This document shows, piece by piece, positions 38,426 through 50,858 of a DNA stretch of 64,000 bases; position 1 is the stretch's first letter, and every line of letters starts with the position of its first letter. The translations under genes and the position numbers were made by a program. The notes below the pieces were generated by a model, which worked only from the letters and a program-made list of their open reading frames with translations, had not been told where the DNA came from and did no database searches. Source of the stretch: Octopus vulgaris (Eukaryota); assembly GCA_951406725.2 (NCBI GenBank), contig OX597815.1, forward strand, positions 36,952,001 through 37,016,000. Direction: 5' to 3'.

Positions 38426-39379
38426 ATGATAATGTCTTCTATATAAAACTCTCTGACTAGTGACCATTTCTATGACTATCCGTCATGCTCTCTCTCCTTT
38501 ACCCGCTAACATGTAGCTACTATTTGCCCTATGCTATAACTATCCCTTTTGTTAGAAACTTTAATACTTTTCATCACTCCTTTCGCACCATTTTTACTAT
38601 TTTTCCATCTCTCTTCCATCACTCCAATCAATCTCTTTCGTCCATCTTATTCTTTCTTTTGCATCCTCTTACTCCAGTTCATCTTCTACAATTGCCCTCA
38701 CTCTACCAACTCATGGAATGGAGACAACATAGAGCAGTGAGGGTCACGGTTACAAGTCATCCTCACTATTGCAAGTGCTGCGATAATGATGTGCCCAGTA
38801 CACTTTGAAAATATCTGACGAACGGGCCGAGACATCATAGGATCGAGAAAACCTTTCGTCATGTTTTGTGGACGATATGACAAACTATCTTATGCTGGTG
38901 CCACAATACAATGCACCCAGTACACAATGTCAAATGATTGGTACTAGAAAGGGCAACCAACTGTATCAAACGTTCCAAAATGGAGACGTACGAGAGAGAC
39001 ATGGTTCCTCGATCACGCCTAGGAGAACAGTAACACAGAGTAAAAAATTACTTAAACTTAAACTCGTCCTATTCTTGTCAGCGCGGAAAGTGGATTTCAT
39101 ATCACGATGATGAAGATGATAACATTCTTGTGTTTTATAGTATGAGCTGGCCAGACTTACTTTCTACCACCAAATTCAGGAATACTTAGAGATTGTTGCC
39201 GCTATAGCTAGGTATTAGTTCGTTGTTGATGCAATCCCAGACTGAAAGGTGGGGTCAGATGAAATGTGATTAAGTGGCGCACTGCTCTCCAGAAAAATTT
39301 CTATTTATCCCATGAGTTTCCGCATTAGATGATGCTAGATGGATATGTTTTTAAAGTCTATGTTCAGTTCGTTATGTAG

Positions 39380-39772
39380 AAGACGCTCGACCTTTATTCT
39401 CTCGAAAAACGCCGCCGCCGTGGTGATCTCATTCTCGCTCACAACATCATAAGCGGAAAGTGTAACCTCTCGAAAGAGCTGTTCTTCACTCCTACTCCGG
39501 AGCGTGGGCTGCGGGGTCACTCCGAAAAGCTTTATCTACGACGATTTCATCTCAATCGAAGGAGAGGGGCTTTCTCCGTCCGGGTTGCGGATCCGTGGAA
39601 TAAGCTGCCGGATGAGATAGTGAAGATGCCGACGACCGCTCGGTTCAAAGTCTCTCGTGACCAGAAATGGCCTGAACTCTTTGTATGAACACCCTCCCTG
39701 TACATAACTCCCTGTCTCCCTACATGGCCTTGCTTTTCCTTTTTGAGCCAATAAAGATTGAATTGAATTGAA
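39380..39772 (+). mobile_element. 5'-truncated CR1-group LINE 3' end
   Basis: Open frame 39383-39688 LDLYSLEKRRRRGDLI....I.G......FF......LRGH..KL......N.R...FS.RV..PWN.LP..IV......FK; (ATTGA)n tail. Confidence 0.9.
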
Positions 39773-40849
39773 TAGTTCTGTTATAATCAAGTGAAGCAAG
39801 ATAAGGAGGGATTTTATAGCAGATACTCTATGTTAAACTGTCTTTATGAGGATTAAGATAAACATTTATCTAGGAGTTTATCATTTTCTCTCGAGCTATG
39901 GTTGTTACAACACTTGAAATGTTTCTAACTATATTGAGGAGATGTACACATTGGACGTGTGTAATTAATTAGCCAGTTAACTGATTAATTAATAAATTAT
40001 CAAGTTGTTTTTCTTTCTCTTTCTTTTCTTTTCTTTCTCACGGTTTTACTATTATTGCTGATATTGTTTCTCATTTTGGACAATAGATTTTATGACTGAA
40101 AATGATGTCTAGTTAATTATATACTAAGCAATTAAGAAATGAATCCATAATTTATTCTCCCTCTCACACACACACACGCAAATATGTGTATGTATGTATG
40201 TATGTATGTATGTATGTATGTATGTATGTATGTATATATATATGTATATATTCGGATAATGTTTGTTAAATCACATGGATATTATGCGTAGTGACAGAAA
40301 AAAAAAGAACCTGAATAATTAATTATATGCGCATATGTAAGATTATGAAGGAAGAGAAAAATGTACATACATACTTACGTATGTGTGTATGTGTGCATGC
40401 GTGTGTGTATGTGCATGTGTGTATGTATGGTGGTGGTGGTGGTGTAATGAAGCTTACCTTAGTCACAGGCAACACGATAGCAATAACGATCTCTGCATAT
40501 GCAACACAACACAACCATGACCGACAGTTGCAAAATAACCATTTGCTTAAAACCCACTTGTAGTCTGAATTGATTACAAACATCAGTGACTGCATTATTA
40601 AAGCTGTTGGGTTTAGTGGGCATTTTTGCCAATATCATGTTGACTGTCTTGATATTCTGAGAGTTTCTGATTATGGTACGCGGACAAAGTGGGATCAAGT
40701 CCCTTGGTGCTCTGTAATTTCATGAAATCATTTAGCTACGCAAGGCATTTAGATTTCACCCGAATATTAATTCTTACCGTAGCGAAGAATACTCCACACA
40801 GTACAGGCATCAGAAAAAGAGCTGGACACACTCTGAGACAGAAGGCAAT

Positions 40850-41300
40850 TTGAAGAAAGAAGATATAGAAGGTAAAAGATTCTCCAGTCACGCTTAGGTT
40901 CAAAGAAGTACTAAGTGACTTAGTCTGCTGTAAACCACTCTTTAGATTTGTGGGTGGAGCAAGATTCTAGGAAAGTGGCATGATGGTGGAACGGCACGAT
41001 AGACAATCACTAAAGCTAAGAAACAAGCTTGGAAAGAATGGAAGGCTGAGCAAAGAACAACTGAAGAGAAATTAGATAGGTATATTTAGTAAGGTGAGAT
41101 GCAGAAACCGAGAGGTTTACTATTGTTTTGCAAGGTGAATTACAGAAGCACGAGGTGTTATGGACTGCAATGCAGCATAAATATTCACTTTGTTAAAAAG
41201 TGAATATTTAGTGATAGCTATGCATTCGCCGTCACTGAAATGGAGATAGAGGCATGGAAATTCTAAGGGAGGTTGCTGAATAAGAAATATACATGGAGAA

Positions 41301-41386
<86 letters not shown>

Positions 41387-42920
41387 CTCAAGCAAACTCG
41401 ACGAGAGAGACCTACTATTAAAATTGACTGCTATTTGGTCGAAATGTTCATTAAGGATATAAAAGCAAGGAAAGCACCCGCACCATCCGAGATAGTTACT
41501 GAAAGGTTAAAAACATCCGGTAAAGTAGAAAATTGTTTAGGTCACTCGCATAGGCAGTCAGTCATATGGTATAGAAAGGGATAATTTCGATGACTGATGC
41601 TGCAGTGCAATCAACTATAGAAGTAACAAACCGATGGAGCAACTTATGAGAGCTATAGAAATGGTAATGACACCTGATTAGGTAGAGGATTAGCTTAAAT
41701 AAGACGCAGTTCGAGTTTCTGCCAGGAAAGAGTTCGTCTTTCTCGTGAGACAATCACAAAAGTTCTATGCAAAATGCAAGCTACTAGCACACTGATGTAG
41801 TCTAGTTGATGCTGATAAAACTAGCTGTAAGTATAAATGATTATAAGAGAGCCGTGTAAGTTATGTACAAAGATACAAGCAGAAAAGCATGATTTAGTAA
41901 CGAATTCAACGAAGAATTTACCGCAAGAGTAGTGTCCGTAAGGACCAGCCTCTCTCTTGCTTATTATAGTCTGATAATGACAGACGAGTTTAAGACCGGT
42001 TGTCAGTGAGAATTCTCCATGCAAATGTTTTAGTTGTCACTGCTAAATCCATCAAAGAATAAGAATTTTCGAATGTGGAAGAAATCTTAAAGACAGGTAT
42101 GTTAGGTAGCAGGAAATATACCTACGTACATACACGTACACACATACACGTATACACACATATACATTCATTTGAAAGTGGTCATGTTTGATTTGGAGAA
42201 AAGGTGTCAGTAAAAATTCCATAAAGTGATTCCAACAGTAGTTATACAAGAGGCGCAATGTGATCATAGACAGAGAAGAAGGCCCTGGTATATAGCCGTT
42301 TTACAGGAGAAATAAGCTCTCAGGGCACCTACGAAATTCTCTTCAACCACCCAATGGGTTCACAAGAAGTAGTCGATCACTTCTGCTATTTACGCGACCA
42401 AATTATTAGTGGAGGTGGATATTGTGAAAGTAGAGTATCTAGAATAAGAACGGGGTGGGAAAAGTTCAGTGGTCATTACCTCTGTTGGCACAAGCAATTT
42501 CTTTTCGAGGAAAGGTCTGATTGTATGAAGCATGTATACAATGATACATTGTAGCGAAATATGGGCTTTGAATGCAGATAATGTGTAAAATTTGGAAATG
42601 GATAGGACGAATGCCTCGAATGTGTAATGCTAGTATGCATGAACGACGGAAGATAACTGAACAGAGAAAAAACCCTGTGCATATGAGAAATTAGATTTAG
42701 CATGTTAAAAAGAAAACTGAACTGGCATGGAAATGTGAAATATAGAAGATAACATATAAGAGGTAAAGAAATAGAAAATGATCCAAGTGGAAGAAATCTG
42801 CAAAAGTGGAAGGCCAAAAAAACATCAGAAAAACTGGTGAAAATTGATCTCAGGAGGAGATACAAAAGAATTGCAACAAGCGGTTAGATGCCATGCTAGA
42901 GAACACCTTCTAGCCCATGC
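40850..42920 (+). mobile_element. Heavily decayed RTE-type LINE
   Basis: KARKAPAPSEIVTERLK.SG (cf. GKAPGPS.I.AEMLK) and EVVDHFCYLRDQI..GGG....V.SRIRTGWEKF; boundaries approximate. Confidence 0.7.
41304..41382. repeat. (GA)n microsatellite
   Basis: Direct reading. Confidence 0.97.
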
Positions 42921-43254
42921 AAACATAAAAAGGAAACCAAAAAGATATTAATAAGTGTGGGTATGTGTGAAGCGAGAATTTGATATCTATTTACAGTACC
43001 TGGCGAAGAAAATTATTTTACACTGATTCATACGATTGCAGAGCTGAAGAGAAAATACGTCCGTCTTGTTAGTCGAGTGGTTGTTTACACAATAGTCACT
43101 CTGAGTTTGTTATTCTTAGCCCCTTTTAGAATCTGATGTTCTCAATAATAGTTTTTTAAAAATGAAAAGCAATGCAAGAAACAGGAAACGTCTGAGTCGT
43201 GACGGAGTGAAGATTTATCTTTGAATGAAATATATAGCCATCTATGTATCATAC

Positions 43255-44050
43255 TCAACGTATATACAAGTTGAAAGGCAAGGTGTTGTGTTTTTGTTTG
43301 GGAGAAAATATCTTATTATGTGTTAACAATTCAATATCTATCGGAGTGAGACGAACATTGTCCCAGTAGCGACCCACAAGAACCCAGGTGCATTTCGGCC
43401 TCCTTGAGCTTTGTTAGTGATATGTACTTGCTAGTTACATGCCTAGACGAAATCACCCATTTCTCACGATATATAGAAAATGCTGAGCAATACATCCACT
43501 GATATTACGGAAAGTGCAGAGTGTACACAACTGAAACAACGTTAAATTAAAACAGCCAGTCACATGCCTAGACGAAATCTGTCCTCAAGTATACATCATT
43601 GACAAGACCAAAGGAAGCCGAAACACATCTGGCGTTCTTGTGGGTCACTGTTGGGATGATGTTCTCGCTCCGATTTAAGTCGTGTTATTGTTACAGCATG
43701 TCAATTAGAGATTTTCTCTCAAACTCCACCGCATCATGACTTTCAACGGTGTATATTCGTTAAGTTCGATACATTGATGGATATTCAAATTTAATGCTGT
43801 TTCAGTTGCCTATACAAGACTTTTATTGAGCCCAGAAAGCATTCCACAATATCAGCTAATGTATGTTTCATGTTTTTCTTATATATCGCGGTGGAATATT
43901 TTGTATAGGTATGTGATTGGCAAGTACACTTCATCAACAGGGCCCAAGGAGGTAGAAAAGCGTATGGTATCTTGTGAGTCACTTCTAGGAAGATGTTCAC
44001 CTTACTCTGATTTGTTAATTTAATGCTGTTTCGATTACGTACACTGTCAA
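43255..44050. repeat. Old inverted-plus-tandem triplication ending at (TA)n
   Basis: 43255-43550 is inverted relative to 43585-43762 and 43790-44025; the two same-sense copies are offset by ~335. Confidence 0.7.
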
Positions 44051-44068
44051 TATATATATATATATATA

Positions 44069-44167
<99 letters not shown>

Positions 44168-44169
44168 TT

Positions 44170-44591
44170 TTTTAATTTTTATTTTTTATTTAAAGTTTCA
44201 GCTCAGAGCTGCGGCCATACTGATGCACCACCGTTTTGCGCTACACTGTTATTACTAGGAGCCTCCTCTAATATGTGGCACTTGATGAAGAATGGAGTTT
44301 GATATAGCTACCCTCATTTGCACCTCTTCCCGCGAGGTAGGCTCATCTGGGACTCTCGACAGGAAGAGGTCCAGCTTTGATTTAAAACCCCCTACATCTA
44401 CTCTGTGCAAGTTCCTCAGACTCTTTGGGAGAATATTAAAAAGCTGTGGGCCCTTGAAAACCAGGCTGTTGCAGTAACTGGTCCTGAAGCTTGATGGCAT
44501 TGCTGGGATCTTTGGCACCATGCAGTGTCGTCCCGTTTTGGCATTGGTGTAGCTTTCAATGCCAAAATTTGGCACAATTCCTTCCAGGATC
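44170..44591 (-). mobile_element. 5'-truncated CR1-group LINE 3' end
   Basis: ILEGIVPNFGI......GR.C.VP.......T...NSL...GPQLFNILPK.LR.L..V....FK.KLD.FL..VPDEP........A.SNSI.HQ; 3' UTR hairpin and A-rich tail. Confidence 0.88.
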
Positions 44592-44682
44592 TATATATCT
44601 ATATATATATATATATATATACAAACATACTGTAAAGAGTTATTTTAGTTATTGAATGAGTTGCAAACACTTTATCAAATTT

Positions 44683-45099
44683 AGGCGCAGGAGTGGCTGT
44701 GTGGTAAGTAGCTTGTCTACCAACCGCATGGTTCCGGGTTCAGTCCCACTGCGTGGCACCTTGGGTAAGTGTCTTCTACTATAGCCTCGGGCCGACCAAA
44801 GCCTTGTGAGTGGATTTGGTAGACGGAAACTGAAAGAATCCCGTCGTATATATGTATATATATATGTATATGCGTGTGTGTGTTTGTGTGTCTGTGTTTG
44901 TCCCCTAGCATTGCTTGACAACCGATGCTGGTGTGTTTATGTCCCCGTTACTTAGCGGTTCGGCAAAAGAGACCGATAGAATAAGTACTGGGCTTACAAA
45001 AGAATAAGTCCCGGGGTCGAGTTGCTCGATTAAAGGCGGTGCTCCAGCATGGCCGCAGTCAAATAACTGAAACAAGTAAAAGAGTAAAAGAGTAAAGAG
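44683..45099 (+). mobile_element. tRNA-derived SINE family S1 (CORE-like), reference copy
   Basis: A box TGGCTGTGTGG, B box GGTTCAGTCC, CORE-like ACCTTGGG(C/T)AAGT, internal (TA)(TG) tract, tail (AAAAGAGT)n; about 10 copies in the window. Confidence 0.93.
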
Positions 45100-45267
45100 T
45101 TACAGTAGAGTCAATGGTGAAGTATCAAACAATGTCATAAATGGCACAATTTTACCACATCTGTTGAAAATCAGTCAACGCCAAGCATTAATAAGCCTCG
45201 AGGGTTTAAAAAAATTGATCTTTCACGCTTCTTTATGTTATTTCAAATATCTATTTCTTTACACTGG

Positions 45268-45503
45268 TCTTCAGTGTTTGGAAACGTCTTTCGCTATGTA
45301 AATAAATGTACTTTTAGTACAAGACTATTAAAATTCGATTCTTTCTTGATGTATTTAACCGTTAGGCAAAAAATCTAGAGTAAAAAAAAAGAAAAGAATT
45401 AAATATACACACACACACACGTACACACACACACACACACATTTGTATGCAGGTACACATGCAGCCACACTCAAGTACACATCTATCTATCTATCTATCT
45501 ATC

Positions 45504-45571
<68 letters not shown>

Positions 45572-45878
45572 GTACATACATAGATACCTACATGCATACA
45601 TGTATAGAAACGTACCCACATGTGTGCATACAATGCAAGTGTACACATGCACACATGTATATATAAATATATGTATGCATATATGTGCGCGTGTATATAT
45701 GAAATATATGTATGCATATGTGTGCGTGTATATATGTATGTATATATGTATAAGGTGTATATATGTGTGTGTATATATAAGTATAAAGATGTGTATGATA
45801 GTGTGTATATTTATGTCTTTATATGTGTATATGTATGTATGTATGTATCTATCCATCCATCCATCCATCCATCCATCC

Positions 45879-45968
<90 letters not shown>

Positions 45969-46185
45969 ATCTTTCTCTCCCTTTCTCTCTCTCTCTACGT
46001 GTGTCTGGAATTTATTACATTTTATTTTAAATTTTGTATCCTTTTCTTTTTTCTTTTTACCGAACGGGTAGATACACCACTAGTAAGAGTCTAATTTTAA
46101 CAGACATGTACTTTTAGCAAGTATTTCAGACATACTTTGAGACAGTTTACATATACATAGCGATTGACGTTTCCAAACATTGAAG
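45268..46185. repeat. Diverged inverted pair (45268-45397 / 46040-46185) flanking a (CA)/(TATC)/(TCCA) microsatellite block
   Basis: CTTCAGTGTTTGGAAACGTC..CGCTATGTA versus TACATAGCG..GACGTTTCCAAACATTGAAG. Confidence 0.75.
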
Positions 46186-46387
46186 TCGAGCTTCCGTACG
46201 AGGGGAATATACTAAATTCAATCTAAGTGGAGAAAAAAAGGAATAATTGTAATGAGTGAAATAAATATACAATATATACGGTGAGAATAAACAGAGAATT
46301 GAATTTGAAAATTACTTAAAGTGGATATATAAAAAGAATATTCAGACAGCAACAATACAGGTGGAAAGTTTTAAAGATAGAATAACA

Positions 46388-46445
<58 letters not shown>

Positions 46446-46457
46446 TAATAATAATAA

Positions 46458-46979
46458 ATGCCCTGATGCAATACCAGGCAATGACTCTCATGGCTTCTGA
46501 TCTTAACTGATTAGGAGTGTTATCATGTACATTGTTTTGTCATGGTATAAAAGATGGGCTACATCAAATATTCTGCTCAATACCACAGATTTGCTTGCCA
46601 GTTGTTTGGCCTTAACCAATTGAGCATGTTCCTTAGTGGCTGACGATATGTGCATCTCTGATCACGAGCAGAAGTAGTTGGGGAGCATCATAGCCATGTG
46701 TTGAAAGGAATTCTCAGAGGTTTGTATAATTCACCTTTGGAAATATGGGTGTTTCGTTCAACATCCTTAAACAATCCTTATTCAGGGACCTTTTGAGCGG
46801 GATGGGCTACTCGACCAGAAGAAAATTCTAACTGAGCCCCACCCGCAAGGTTTATCGTGATATGAGATCACCATGTCACGAATATATGGTTAATGCATGT
46901 GTCTGGTGTACCCTTATCAGACGGGTAGTCATGATAGGTATACTGGGCTTCGTATATTTCACCCCAGTGTCACTTTGAT
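46458..46979. mobile_element. ~520 bp non-coding element embedded in (TAA)n
   Basis: Complex sequence flanked immediately by (TAA)n on both sides (46389-46457, 46979-47042); no ORF; single copy in the window. Confidence 0.55.
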
Positions 46980-46990
46980 AATAATAATAA

Positions 46991-47043
<53 letters not shown>

Positions 47044-47446
47044 GGTCAATATGTAAAATAATATATGGTAAAGCAACATGTTTGAAGTTTTTGAAAATTA
47101 ATTAGCAGGAGAAAAAAAATGGTAGAAAAAAAATGAACGTTGTAAAAAGAAAATAAGAAAAAAAAAATCGACCATGAGCCTTGTAAATCTTGTTAGCAAC
47201 AGATTTCCCGGAAATACTGTGGAATTATGTCAGTGATCAGATTGCAAAGTACCAAAAGATTGTTATTAGGACGAACGAAAACCGAATATAAAAGTTCTCG
47301 GGTGAACTTAAATACCTACCCCACCCGCCAAAAACTAAACAATTTCCGAACGTCGTACATTAGTCTTCGCAGAATCAATTTCAACTCTCTTCTTGTAGAT
47401 GTTGTCCCAGCATGGCCGCAGTCCACAGTGCATTGATAGAAATATG

Positions 47447-47496
<50 letters not shown>

Positions 47497-47643
47497 CTTA
47501 CAAACAAGGGCAAAAGAAAAAAATTCCAATGCCAAATATGCCGAGAATAGACTTTAAATCGTCAACAACTCAAGTCTACTCATGACTTTGTGTCTACTTC
47601 TTCCATGGGTGCAAGTAAGTATTTCATTTATTTCTTAACGTAT

Positions 47644-47704
47644 TTACCACTGATGACGAGAAAATTCTTTATGAACTAACTCAGAAATCAGACCGATCCG
47701 GTAA
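47644..47704 (+). ncRNA. Type-I hammerhead ribozyme motif (family F, copy 1)
   Basis: TTACCA CTGATGA(47650-56) C GAG..CTC A GAAA(47684-87) TCAGACCGA TC CGGTAA; two substitutions relative to copy 2. Confidence 0.75.
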
Positions 47705-48091
47705 TTCTTAAGAAATTTCTGTTGGCTTGATTCGGGACGCGTGCTTATAATGATGAATTATATGTGGTTATTGACGATTCTCGGCATATTTGGCACTGCA
47801 ATTTTTTTTCTTTTGCCCTTGTTTATAAATTTCACCTTAAAAGGTATTTTTTAATATGCTGGCCACTGATAAAATGTTTTTGAAAATTTTATCCTATGTT
47901 AGATGTAAATTTGATACCATTCACTTCCGGACTCTCTCAGTCAATGAAAATTTTCAGTCTGATCGCACGTGTCTCGAGGTGTGCTGAAGAATTTCTATTT
48001 GGATATATTTGGGGTACTCAAGTGTACACATGACTTTGTGTCTACTTTTTCTATGGGTGCAAATAAGTATTTAATTTATTTCTTAACGTAT

Positions 48092-48152
48092 TTACCGCTG
48101 ATGACGAGAAAATTCTTTATGAACTAACTCAGAAATCGGACCGATCCGGTAA
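48092..48152 (+). ncRNA. Type-I hammerhead ribozyme motif (family F, copy 2)
   Basis: TTACCG CTGATGA(48098-104) C GAG-AAAA-TTC-TTTAT-GAA-CTAA-CTC A GAAA(48132-35) TCG-GAC-CGA TC CGGTAA; 6 bp stem I; AUC cleavage predicted after 48146. Confidence 0.88.
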
Positions 48153-48399
48153 TAACGGAATTTTTTAGAAATTTCTGTCAGCTTGCTTCCGGACACGTGC
48201 TTATAGTGATGAATTATATGTGGTTATTGACGATTTAAAGTCTATTCTCGGCATATTTGGCATTGGAATTTTTCTTTTGCCCTTGTTTATAAGTTGTTTG
48301 TAAATTTCACCTTAAAAGGTATTTTTTAATAAGCTGGCCACTGATAAAATTTTTTGAAAATTTTATTCTATATTATATATATATATATATATCTTTTAT

Positions 48400-48630
48400 C
48401 TTTTAATCTTTTATCGTTTACTTGTTATTCTAGACTGCGGCCATGCTGGGGCACCGCCTTAAGGAATTTCTACTCGAATGAATCGACTCCAGAACTTCTC
48501 TTTTTTTTAAAAGCCTGGTACTTATTCTATCGGGCTCTTTTGCCGAAACACTAAGTTACTGGGACTTAGCCACACCAACACCAGTAGTCAAGCGGTGGTG
48601 GGGGACAAACACAGATAGAAATACACACAC
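48400..48630 (-). mobile_element. Partial SINE family S1
   Basis: Similar to the S1 3' half. Confidence 0.75.
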
Positions 48631-48777
48631 ATATATATGTATGTACGTATGTATGTATGTATGTATGTATGTATGTATGTATGTATGTATGTATGTATGT
48701 ATGTATGTATGTATGTATGTATGTATGTGTGTGTGTGTATGTATGTATGTATGTATGTATGTATGTATGTATGTATG

Positions 48778-48820
<43 letters not shown>

Positions 48821-50689
48821 CACCTGTCTGTGTTTGCCTTTCAAGTGCTGTGTTTTTACTGAGATCTCCCTTTTAGTAGAAAGAATAGCTATAACTCTTT
48901 GACTGCTATTTCTAAATTCGGTGTGTGGTGAGGCAATTCGTTGCTAAACCCTTAATTGCTTAGTATATATATATATATATACACTCACGGTGAGCTTCTT
49001 TCAGTTTCCACCTGTCATACTCGCTTGCGAGTAACGGTTATGGCCAATCTTCTGATCGAACCAGGGTATCAATGCCTCCATTGGTTTTTGAGACTGCTGA
49101 TATTATTTGTCGGTCGCAACTCTTGGCAGATATATCACCATATTTCGGTCATGGGTTAAGATTTGAATCCAGAATACGCAGAACCAGATCTGATACCGTT
49201 AGGTATCTTGTTCGACACTCATAATTCTGCCAATCTACCGTCCTGTTAATACTACATTGAGCACTTCATGGTATTTGTTTCCGTTTCTCCGTTGCTGGTC
49301 GATTTATATACCAGCCACTTCTTGATGTTAGCTGCAATATTTTGAGTGGTTGCACAGGTAGTTGTCTTTAAATTAACAGTGAGTGGACAAGGTGAATATT
49401 CACCAGAAAATAAAAAAATAATTTCGTGTTTGATGAACGAAGACGAGAAGTGTACATATAACATAATTCTTGACCAAACCAAAATTCCATATTGTCTGCA
49501 AAAGTTACTCAACCATTACATACCACTTTGAATATTTGAAACTGCTCCATATATGTCGTTAATTAGTTTTACTGTTTCTAAATCAGTGACTGTGGTTGCT
49601 GTGAAAAACGTTAAATATTATTATTTGCAAAGGTCTCCTCCATCGAAAACTGGTGTTTACCATGCGTTGACGAGAGGCAATTACCTTGAAACTATAGTCC
49701 GTATGTATCACTTAGGTTTTCGAGGGAGGATGACCTCCCTTTGCAAATAACACAAGGGCACTGAAATTGTGTCTAAGGCCAGCTGGTGACGTTGATCTCC
49801 TGGGGCTAAAAGCGTCAGTAACACCCCACCCCCAGTGGCTAGCCACATTCAGATGGCTAGTACACATTACGTTATCTTTAATTAGTTTTACAGTTAAATT
49901 ATCTACAAACAAGTCATTAAATTTTCCTAATCTCGACCATATCAAAATTCTTTGCTACAGAATTACCTTATCATTACAACAGTATTTACAAATACCATAC
50001 ATGCCAAAACAAACTCAATAAAAGTAATGTACCATACTCGATAAGAAACGGAAAACAATCAGCCCTAATTAGGTTAAGAGATAAATTCAGAACATAAGCA
50101 AATCAAAAACACTTCCCCTTCATCAACAAATACAAGAACATTAAACATCATGCACCCACCCAAAAACTCCCCAAAAACACATACACAAAAAAACAACAAA
50201 ACAAACACTAATGAGTTAGAAAAATAAAAGCCAATCAGAAAACGCAAAAAGAACATGCTAATGAGTAGATGCAAGCAAGAAATTGCATCCACGCCAACGA
50301 ATATATACATCACTGAACCGAGTTATGTTAATTCTCAACAAAAGATAATAGTGACGTAAGGAAAAATGATTTATTACGAAATATTTTTCAAATCATCAAT
50401 GGATACGACAAATACAAAGATTGGCCCAGTGTTACAAGAAACCTATCATGGGAGGGATAGAACTGCAGCTGTTCTGTGCAATACATGCTCCTGCAAAAAC
50501 AAATATCCTGTTCTAGGACTTTTTGATAAGAGTGGTCAACAAGCAGATCCTCGCCCATTATCCAAGAACAGTGGAGATCAAAACTAAAAAGAAAGTAAAT
50601 AGAACAGTAATACAGCAAGTAAATGACTGAGTAATACACCAATTTTCTGTCCCTGGCAGATATTGTAACCACACATACATGCACATACA

Positions 50690-50858
50690 TACGACGTATT
50701 TCTTTCGGTTTCTGGCCACCAAATCCACTCGCAAGCTTTTGGTCGACCTTGGCCTATAGTAGAAGACATTTTCTCAAGGTTTTCCATGTTGTGAGGCTGA
50801 ACCCGAATTAATGTCATTGAGAAGAAAACTTCTTAACCACAAAGGCATGTTTGCGCCT
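50690..50858 (-). mobile_element. Partial diverged SINE family S1
   Basis: Similar to the S1 5' half. Confidence 0.7.

Larger units (their letters stand above)
47495..48373 (+). mobile_element. Hammerhead-bearing non-coding element: 5' inverted arm plus ~1.8 x 448 nt tandem, inside (TA)n
   Basis: 47495-47565 is the reverse complement of ~48227-48296; direct repeat 47568-47900 / 48016-48373; (TA)n on both sides. Confidence 0.88.
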
